DNA of 64,000 nucleotides, taken from Candidatus Dormiibacterota bacterium. GTDB lineage: Bacteria; Chloroflexota; Dormibacteria; Aeolococcales; Aeolococcaceae. Under the pieces are notes generated by a model, which was not told the origin of the DNA, searched no databases, and saw only the letters and a list, made by a program, of their open reading frames with translations. Positions 57,087-64,000 of the stretch are shown in pieces. The stretch is from assembly GCA_963713485.1 (NCBI GenBank), contig CAVQLW010000006.1:197714-261713 (forward strand). The letters run 5' to 3'. A program made the translations under genes and the position numbers. How positions within the stretch are numbered: position 1 is the stretch's first letter; the number at the start of each line of letters is the position of its first letter.

Positions 57087-58037
57087 TCACGCTGAAACCT
57101 GGAGCACGATCCGCCCGCGGCCGTGTCCCGTTTCGGATGCTGCATGCGCCGCTGCCGCGTCGGCGAGGGGAAACGAGCTTCCGACCGGCGCGACCAACGT
57201 TCCGGATTCGACGAGTCGGGCGAGCTCCTCGAGGATCGGAGTGGTCACGTCGGGGGGGCGCACGTTCGACGTGCGGACGCCATGTGCGGCCGCGGCTTCG
57301 GGGTCGACGCCTCCGGCGACGACCACCAGGATGCCATCCTTCTTCAGCACGCTCCATGAGCGACCGGTGACGTCCCCTCCGACCGCGTCGTACACCACGT
57401 CGACGTCGTGCACCACATCTTCGAACTGCACCGCCGAGTAGTCGACGACCTCGTCGGCGCCGAGGGATTCGACATACGCAACGTTCGCTGTCGATGTGGT
57501 CGCGATCACGTGCGCGCCCTTCCAGTGCGCGAGCTGGACGGCGAGCGAACCGACGCCTCCTGCGGCCCCGTGCACGAGCACACGCTCACCTGCTTCGAGG
57601 TGTGCAACGTCGAAGAGCCCCACCCACGCGGTGACACCGCCGATCGGCAGCGTTGCGGCCTGCTCGAAGGTGATGCCGTTCGGTTTGTGCGCAAGTGTCG
57701 CCGCCGGCACGACCGCGAACTCCGCATATGTTCCCGAACCGCGCCCGAAGACGGCATCGCCGGCTGCGTATCCTGAAACCCCGGCACCGATCTGCTCGAC
57801 GATCCCCGCGACGTCGAGCCCCGGGGTGTGTGGCAACTCGAGTGGCAGGAAGGCCTGGAGATAGCCGGCACGGAACTTCCAGTCGATGGCGTTGACGGCC
57901 GCCACCCGGACCCGCACGAGCACCTCGCCCTCCGCCGGCTCAGGGCGCGGCACCTCGTCCAAGACGAGCGTCGAGCTCGGTCCGTACTCGTGAAATCGCA
58001 CTGCGCGCATCATGCCTGCCGCTGCAGCCATGTTCAT
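57087..58037 (-). CDS. NADPH:quinone oxidoreductase / zinc-type MDR family
   Basis: MRAVRFHEYG..., GLDVAGIV, VLVHGAAGGVGSLAVQLA. The start may be one of 58031, 58013 or 58010. Confidence 0.8.
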   Translation of the reverse strand: MNMAAAAGMMRAVRFHEYGPSSTLVLDEVPRPEPAEGEVLVRVRVAAVNAIDWKFRAGYLQAFLPLELPHTPGLDVAGIVEQIGAGVSGYAAGDAVFGRGSGTYAEFAVVPAATLAHKPNGITFEQAATLPIGGVTAWVGLFDVAHLEAGERVLVHGAAGGVGSLAVQLAHWKGAHVIATTSTANVAYVESLGADEVVDYSAVQFEDVVHDVDVVYDAVGGDVTGRSWSVLKKDGILVVVAGGVDPEAAAAHGVRTSNVRPPDVTTPILEELARLVESGTLVAPVGSSFPLADAAAAHAASETGHGRGRIVLQVSA

Positions 58038-58154
58038 CGACCTCGTGAGCGCCCACCCGTGGCCGGCTTTCGATAGTGACGATGAACTCTATCTCGGAGG
58101 GTCGAATGCACCGCGAGCGGCGATCAACAGCCGGGAGCGAAGCGTGAGGACGGG

Positions 58155-58919
58155 CTACAGCACCTTCGAGAGGAAGGATCTTGTGCGCTCGTGCTGGGGG
58201 TTGGAGAGGACCTCTCGCGGCTTCCCCGACTCGACGATGACACCGCTGTCCATGAAGACGAGCTCATCGCCGACTTCGCGCGCGAATCCCATCTCGTGCG
58301 TGACCACGATCATCGTCATGCCGTCCTGAGCGAGCCCGCGCATCACGTCGAGGACCTCGCCGACGAGCTCAGGATCCAGCGCCGACGTCGGCTCATCGAA
58401 GAGCATCAGCTTCGGTTGCATCGCGAGCGCTCGCGCGATCGCGACACGCTGCTGCTGTCCCCCCGAGAGCTGGTTCGGGTATGCGGTGATCTTGTCGCCG
58501 AGCCCGACACGGTTGAGCAGTGCGTGTGCGCGCTCGTCGGCGACCTTCGGCTGCTCACCCTTCACGCGTACCGGGGCCTCGACGATGTTCTGCAGCGCGG
58601 TCATGTGGGGGAACAGGTTGAACCGCTGAAAGACCATCCCGATCTCGGCGCGCTTCCGGCAGACCTCACGATCAGGGAGCTCGTAGATCTTGCCGCCGCG
58701 CTCGCGGTAGCCGACCAGCTCGCCGTCGACCGAGAGCCTGCCCGCATCGATCTGCTCGAGGTGGTTGATGCAGCGCAGGAAGGTGCTCTTGCCCGAGCCG
58801 GACGGTCCGACGATGCACATCACCTCCCTCGGCGCGACCTCCAGGTCGATGCCTCGCAGCACCTCGAGGCGGCCGAAGCTCTTGTGGACGGCTTCCGCGA
58901 GGACCATCGGTGTCGCCAT
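58155..58919 (-). CDS. polar amino-acid ABC transporter ATP-binding protein
   Basis: [44 protein letters not shown]. Confidence 0.9.
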   Translation of the reverse strand: MATPMVLAEAVHKSFGRLEVLRGIDLEVAPREVMCIVGPSGSGKSTFLRCINHLEQIDAGRLSVDGELVGYRERGGKIYELPDREVCRKRAEIGMVFQRFNLFPHMTALQNIVEAPVRVKGEQPKVADERAHALLNRVGLGDKITAYPNQLSGGQQQRVAIARALAMQPKLMLFDEPTSALDPELVGEVLDVMRGLAQDGMTMIVVTHEMGFAREVGDELVFMDSGVIVESGKPREVLSNPQHERTRSFLSKVL

Positions 58920-58926
58920 CAGAGAT

Positions 58927-59928
58927 TCACCGGTGCCGCCGAAGCTTGAGCGCTTCCAGCTCCTCTTTCGCGACCGCGGACCGGCTGGCCGTGGGAAGGA
59001 TCATGCGGCGGAAGCGCTGCAGGGGGGTCGCCGGCAGCTCACGCGCCGATCCACGAGCGAAGTATCGCTCCAGGTAGTACTGACCGAAGGTCAGGATCGA
59101 CGTCATGAACAGGTACCAGATGCTGGCGTCGATCAGGAGCTCGACCACGTCGAAGTTGGCGTTCGATATCTGTGTCTGCACGTAGAACAGCTCACCGACG
59201 GCCGCGATGTAGGCGAGCGACGACGTCTTGAGCATCGAGATCGTCTCGTTCCCCGTGGGTGGCAGGATGACGCGCATCGCCTGCGGAAGGACGATCCTCC
59301 TCATGACGCGGGTGCGGGTCATCCCGAGTGCTTGAGCCGCCTCGGTCTGCCCCTGATCGACCGAGATGATCCCGGCACGCACGATCTCCGACATGTACGC
59401 GGCCTCGTTCAGGCCCAGCCCGAGGATCGCCGCGAGAAACGGCGTGTCGATCTGATTGGTCACGCCGACCCACTGGATGTGGGTGAACGGAATCCCGATC
59501 GTGATGAGCGGGAGAACGATGGCGAGGTTGTACCAGAAGAAGATCTGCACCAGGACAGGGGTGCCCCGGAAGAACCAGATGTAGAACCAGCTCAAGGTGG
59601 ATACCACGGGGTTCACTGAGAGACGCATGACCGCGAGGAGGACCCCCAGTGACACACCGATCACCATCGCGATCACCGTCAGTTCGAGGGTGACGAGCAC
59701 TCCCCGCAGAATCTGCGGATGGAACAGATACTTGCCGACCGCCTGCCACGACAGCTCGGGCGCGGTGGCGAAGATGTCGATCGCGCCGGCGGCGAAGGCC
59801 AATACCAGCAGTGCCGCCACCCACCGCCATGGATGGCGCACGGGAATGGCCTTGATCGCCTCCGCGCGCCCTTGCGCGCCGGGACGCGGGGACGGCTGAT
59901 CGCTCAGGACCTCGGTCCCTGTACCCAC
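58927..59928 (-). CDS. polar amino-acid ABC transporter permease
   Basis: His/Glu/Gln/Arg-type permease with the EAA loop ...[22 protein letters not shown]. Confidence 0.85.
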   Translation of the reverse strand: MGTGTEVLSDQPSPRPGAQGRAEAIKAIPVRHPWRWVAALLVLAFAAGAIDIFATAPELSWQAVGKYLFHPQILRGVLVTLELTVIAMVIGVSLGVLLAVMRLSVNPVVSTLSWFYIWFFRGTPVLVQIFFWYNLAIVLPLITIGIPFTHIQWVGVTNQIDTPFLAAILGLGLNEAAYMSEIVRAGIISVDQGQTEAAQALGMTRTRVMRRIVLPQAMRVILPPTGNETISMLKTSSLAYIAAVGELFYVQTQISNANFDVVELLIDASIWYLFMTSILTFGQYYLERYFARGSARELPATPLQRFRRMILPTASRSAVAKEELEALKLRRHR

Positions 59929-59974
59929 GATCGTCAGCCGGCGCCGTCAGCCGAGCGCCGTGGTTCGAGTGCCC

Positions 59975-60973
59975 TCAGTACGACGGCACACAGGTCGCGC
60001 CCACCGAGTTGTTGTCGTTGATACCGACCGACGAGCTGGTGATGGCACCGTCCTGGACGCCGTACGGGTTGGTGAGCACGCTCAGGTAGTACCCGTTGTC
60101 GATCAGGTACTTGATGGCGTCTTCGACCGCCTGCTCGAGGCCACCCGACTTGACGAGGGCGACCCCGTAGGGGGACACGCTGCACGCGCTGCCGCCGATC
60201 TTCAGCTTTCCGTTCTCGATCTTCACCTGATAGTCGGCGATGGGCTGGTCCGCCCATCCGAAGTCGGCACGGCCCGACAGCAGCGCCGTGTTGGCCTGCG
60301 TCTGCAGCGAGTAGCTCTGCACGGTGATGTCCTGCTTCCCGGCGGCGGTGCAGTGGTCGGTATCCCCGGGGATCTTGGTGCCGCCGGGCTGCATCCCCAT
60401 GTAGCCCCAGGCGTCCGATTCCTCGACGGTGCCGGACTCGACGGCCACCTTGTGACCGCACATGTCCGACGCTTGCGAGATCGTCAGGCCGCCCGGCTTC
60501 ACCAGCCACGCCTCGCCGGCCTGGTAATAGGTGATGAAGTCGATGCCCTTCGCCTCACGGGTCGCCGTCGGCGTGAAGCTCGAGAAGCTCATCTGATACT
60601 TGGGCGGGTTCTCGAGGAGCGCCGGGATGATGTCCGAGAAGGTGATGTTGTTGATCGTGCATGCGACCCCGAGAACCTTGCAGACCTCCTTCGCCAGCTC
60701 GACGTCCCACCCGATCAGGTTGCCGGTGTCGGGGTCGACGTACTCGTTCGGAGCGTACGAGGCATCGGTGGCGATCTGCAGCGGTGCGGCGGCCTTCACC
60801 GCCGCGGGCACCTCGGCGGCGATGTTCGGCTGGGCCGCGGGGCCCGCCGCCGACGGCGTCGGCGTCGACCCGGAGGAGGCGGGGGAGCTCGAGCTGCCAC
60901 AGGCGGCGAGGAGCGCGGCGGGAAACAGAAGTGCGATTCCGGCGCGACGCGAGCCAGTGACCGTGCGACCCAT
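59975..60973 (-). CDS. amino-acid ABC transporter substrate-binding lipoprotein
   Basis: LLAAC lipobox, Ser/Pro linker, then a type-II SBP pattern (GWDVELAKEVCKVLG...). Confidence 0.85.
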   Translation of the reverse strand: MGRTVTGSRRAGIALLFPAALLAACGSSSSPASSGSTPTPSAAGPAAQPNIAAEVPAAVKAAAPLQIATDASYAPNEYVDPDTGNLIGWDVELAKEVCKVLGVACTINNITFSDIIPALLENPPKYQMSFSSFTPTATREAKGIDFITYYQAGEAWLVKPGGLTISQASDMCGHKVAVESGTVEESDAWGYMGMQPGGTKIPGDTDHCTAAGKQDITVQSYSLQTQANTALLSGRADFGWADQPIADYQVKIENGKLKIGGSACSVSPYGVALVKSGGLEQAVEDAIKYLIDNGYYLSVLTNPYGVQDGAITSSSVGINDNNSVGATCVPSY

Positions 60974-61133
60974 GAGAGACCCCCGGATAACCGCTGGTTA
61001 ATAGGTGCGCCATTGTGGACCGCCCTCCGCGGCCGTGTCCACCGGCAACTCGCGCAATGGGCTTGACCCTCCCTATCAGCGAGTGCAAGCATGGAACGCC
61101 CTCAGTTGCCATTCCGTGCAGGAGGTTGTCCGA

Positions 61134-61655
61134 ATGACCCAGTCGGTCGCTGTCACCATCAACGGGAGGCGCAGAGAGGATCAGGTCGAGCCGCGCCTTC
61201 TGCTCGTCCACTACCTGCGTGAGGTGGCCGGGCTCACCGGGACGCACATCGCCTGCGACACCAGCCAGTGCGGCTCGTGCACCGTCCTCCTCGACGGGGA
61301 GGCGGTCAAGTCGTGCAGCCTGTTCGCGGTCCAGGCCGACGGGCGAAGTGTGACCACGATCGAGGGGCTCGCCGCGAATGGCACGCTGCATCCCGTACAG
61401 CAGGCGTTCTGGAGCGAGCACGGGCTCCAGTGCGGGTTCTGCACGCCCGGCTTCATCATGGCCGCGGCATACCTGCTCGAGCAGAACCCGTCGCCGACCG
61501 ACGCGGAGATCGACAAGGGTCTCGAGGGCAACCTCTGCCGCTGCACCGGCTACACGAACATCAAGCGCGCCGTGCGGACGGCGGCCGCGGCGATGAACGG
61601 CTCGATGACGGTCACCGGCCACTCCGCGCCGGTCACCGCGAACGTGGAGGGCTAG
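61134..61655 (+). CDS. coxS: (2Fe-2S)-binding small subunit of a molybdenum hydroxylase (CoxS-like)
   Basis: [19 protein letters not shown] and CGFCTPG...CRCTGY cluster motifs. Confidence 0.9.
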   Translation: MTQSVAVTINGRRREDQVEPRLLLVHYLREVAGLTGTHIACDTSQCGSCTVLLDGEAVKSCSLFAVQADGRSVTTIEGLAANGTLHPVQQAFWSEHGLQCGFCTPGFIMAAAYLLEQNPSPTDAEIDKGLEGNLCRCTGYTNIKRAVRTAAAAMNGSMTVTGHSAPVTANVEG

Positions 61656-61659
61656 CGCC

Positions 61660-63999
61660 ATGGCGGTGACGTCCATGATCGGCGCCCGCATCCAGCGGCG
61701 CGAGGATCCCAAGCTCATCACCGGGCACGGGCATTTCATCGACGACGTGAGCCTCGTGAACATGGCGCACATGTCGGTGGTCCGCAGCCCGTACGCACAC
61801 GCGCGGATCACATCGATCGACACCTCGGCCGCGAAGGCGGCGAAGGGGGTCGTCGCGGTGCTCACCGCGGCCGACTTCAAGCCGGTGATCCTCGGCCCGC
61901 TTCCCGTGACCAACTCGTTTGTCGCCGACAAGAAGCAGGTGCCGGAGCAGTTCCCGATCGCGACAGACGAGGTCGTGTACGCCGGCGAGCCCGTGGCCGT
62001 CGTGATCGCCGAGGATCGGTACCTGGCCGACGACGCCGCGCATCTCGTGACCATCCACTACGAGCCGCTGCCAGCAGTGATGGATCTCGAGAAGGCGATG
62101 GAGCCCGGCAGCCCGCTCGTCAAGAGCGACCGCCCCGACAACATCGGGTGGGACGCGGCGTTCCCCGCGGGCGACATCGACGCCGCGTTCGCGGAGGCCG
62201 ACGTCGTGGTCAAGGAGCGGATCGGCCAGCAGCGCGTGCTGCCCACACCGATGGAGACGCGCGGCTGCGTCGCCGACTACGTCCCGTTCGACAACCGGGT
62301 CACGCTGTGGACGTCGACACAGGTGCCGCACTTCATCCGGCTCTTCGTCGGCGGGGCGCTCGGCGTGCCCGAGTCCCAGTTCCGCGTGGTGAGCCACGAC
62401 GTGGGCGGGGGCTTCGGAGCCAAGCTGCGGCCGTATCCCGAGGAATACCTCGCCACTGCGGCGTCGAAGCTGTGCGGCCGTCCGGTGAAATGGATCGAGG
62501 ACCGCACCGAGAGCATGATGGCGACCACCCACGGCCGCGGTCAGATCTTCGACGTGGAGGTTGCGGCCAAGCGCGACGGCACGCTGCTCGGGCTGCGCTT
62601 CACCCAACTGCTCGACATCGGGGCGTACCACGGCGTGTTCAGCGCGTTCCAGGTCGTCGCGTGCCTCCTCGGCGGTGGCTCGTACGAGTGGAAGGCCATC
62701 AACGCACGCAGCATCGGGGTCTTCACCAACCGCATGTCGACCGACCCGTACCGTGGGGCGGGACGGCCGGAGGCGACGCATCTCGTCGAGCGCGCCGTCG
62801 ACCTCGTTGCTCGTGAGATCGGGATGGACCCGGCGGAGATCCGGCGCAAGAACTTCGTCAAGAGCTTCCCGTTCACGAACAACTTCGGGCTCGTCTACGA
62901 CTCCGGTGACTACGAGAAGACGCTCGACAAGGCGATGGCGAACATCGGATATGCAGCGCTCCGCAAGCGTCAGGAGGAGCTGCGAGCGCAGGGGCGGTAC
63001 ACCGGCATCGGGTTCAGCACCTACGTGGAGATCTGCGGTCTGGGGCCGAGCTCCGCGACGGCTCCCGCGGCGGGGATCGCGCTCGTCGAGTTGTCGATGG
63101 TGCGGGTCCATCCCACGGGGTCAGTGACGGTTTCCGTCGGGACGCACGCCCACGGCCAGAGTCACGAGACCACGTTTGCGCAGATCGTGGCGGACGCCCT
63201 CGGCGTTCCCTATGACTCCGTCGAGATCCGCCACGGCGACACCGGTGACACGCCGTTCGGCTACGGCACCTACGGTTCGCGCAGCCTCGCCGTGGGCGGC
63301 ATGGCCATCGTGCAGTCGTGCCACAAGGTGGTGGAGAAGGCTCGCAAGCTGGCGGCGCACGCGTTCGAGGCGTCCGAGGAGGACATCGTCGTCGAGGACG
63401 GCAAGTACTTCGTGCGCGGCAATCCGGGCGAGACCAAGGCGCTGGCGGAGCTGGCGTTCGCGTCGTACGGCGCCGGGTTGCCGCAGGGGATGGAGCAGGG
63501 CCTCGAGGCGGTGTCGTACTTCGACCCGCCGAACTTCGTGTGGCCGTTCGGCTGCCACATCTGCGCGGTCGAGGTCGATCCCGAAACGGGCGCGGTCACC
63601 ATCGACCGGTATGTCTCGGTCGACGACTGCGGCAACGTCATCAATCCGATGGTGGTGGACGGTCAGCTCCACGGCGGCATCGCGCAGGGCATCTCGCAGG
63701 CGCTCTTCGAGGAGGTGCGCTACGACGACGAGACCGGGCAGATGCTCAATGGAACGCTGCTCGACTACGTCGTTCCCACCATGGCGGAGATGCCGAATTT
63801 CGAGCTGGACCGCACGGTGACGCCCAGCCCGACCAACGAGCTCGGTGTCAAGGGCATCGGGGAGGCTGGGACGATCGCGTCGAGCGCCGCGGTGATCAAC
63901 GCGATCACGGACGCCCTGTCGCCCTTCGGCATCCGCCACGTGGAGATGCCGGCCCGTCCCGATCGCCTGTGGTCGATGATCAAGGAGGCGCGCGCATGA
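61660..63999 (+). CDS. coxL: molybdopterin-binding large subunit of a xanthine-dehydrogenase-family enzyme (form-II CoxL-like)
   Basis: 779 aa. The active-site loop reads STDPYRGAGRPEA (AYRGAGR-type, not VAYRCSFR). An ATG overlapping the stop (ATGA at 63996) starts the next gene, presumably coxM, which is cut by the window edge. Confidence 0.9.
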   Translation: MAVTSMIGARIQRREDPKLITGHGHFIDDVSLVNMAHMSVVRSPYAHARITSIDTSAAKAAKGVVAVLTAADFKPVILGPLPVTNSFVADKKQVPEQFPIATDEVVYAGEPVAVVIAEDRYLADDAAHLVTIHYEPLPAVMDLEKAMEPGSPLVKSDRPDNIGWDAAFPAGDIDAAFAEADVVVKERIGQQRVLPTPMETRGCVADYVPFDNRVTLWTSTQVPHFIRLFVGGALGVPESQFRVVSHDVGGGFGAKLRPYPEEYLATAASKLCGRPVKWIEDRTESMMATTHGRGQIFDVEVAAKRDGTLLGLRFTQLLDIGAYHGVFSAFQVVACLLGGGSYEWKAINARSIGVFTNRMSTDPYRGAGRPEATHLVERAVDLVAREIGMDPAEIRRKNFVKSFPFTNNFGLVYDSGDYEKTLDKAMANIGYAALRKRQEELRAQGRYTGIGFSTYVEICGLGPSSATAPAAGIALVELSMVRVHPTGSVTVSVGTHAHGQSHETTFAQIVADALGVPYDSVEIRHGDTGDTPFGYGTYGSRSLAVGGMAIVQSCHKVVEKARKLAAHAFEASEEDIVVEDGKYFVRGNPGETKALAELAFASYGAGLPQGMEQGLEAVSYFDPPNFVWPFGCHICAVEVDPETGAVTIDRYVSVDDCGNVINPMVVDGQLHGGIAQGISQALFEEVRYDDETGQMLNGTLLDYVVPTMAEMPNFELDRTVTPSPTNELGVKGIGEAGTIASSAAVINAITDALSPFGIRHVEMPARPDRLWSMIKEARA

Positions 64000-64000
64000 T

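Overview
High-GC (about 65-70% by eye) chromosomal segment, most likely from an Actinomycetota genome. Supporting this are an F420/FGD-type LLM oxidoreductase, a mycothiol-type DinB isomerase, frequent GTG/TTG starts and strong GGAGG ribosome-binding sites. I support about 55 protein genes. I recognised no rRNA, no intact tRNA, no CRISPR array and no transposase or integrase.

Main blocks:
- 1.4-13.3 kb: second-messenger genes. These are a Zn-ribbon/class III cyclase/STAND-ATPase/TPR giant, a cNMP-binding TrxR-like protein with a GNAT partner, and a GAF-EAL-GAF-GGDEF protein. A tRNA-Ser 3' fragment and an A/T-richer membrane gene lie among them.
- 14-28 kb: housekeeping and accessory metabolism. 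This includes a TreT-like glycosyltransferase, an acyl-CoA ligase, a nitronate monooxygenase, saccharopine dehydrogenase with an APC permease, and a G1/eqolisin-type peptidase.
- 28-45 kb: secreted proteins. These are three BamB/PQQ-like beta-propeller paralogues, a neocarzinostatin-fold membrane protein, a beta-helix protein and two phosphoesterases.
- 31.7-38.7 kb, inside the secreted-protein block: a compact LysW-dependent alpha-aminoadipate lysine operon, hcs-hacA-hacB-lysW-lysX-lysK-lysY-lysZ. The 52-aa lysW is absent from the ORF track.
- 45.9-49.8 kb: a fused, Rv0194-like ABC exporter.
- 49.8-52.6 kb: glxK-glxR-hyi.
- 58-64 kb: a polar amino-acid ABC importer and a form-II-like coxS-coxL.

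Most interesting signal: a trp-style attenuator upstream of hcs. It combines a promoter, a near-leaderless 25-codon ORF with tandem AAA AAA Lys codons, an antiterminator and a perfect terminator.

Second theme: about 19 single-base frame disruptions, almost all +1 insertions. They are concentrated in one propeller gene and the ABC exporter, and I cannot tell assembly error from pseudogenisation.

All calls come from reading translations and motifs by eye. No database search was run.
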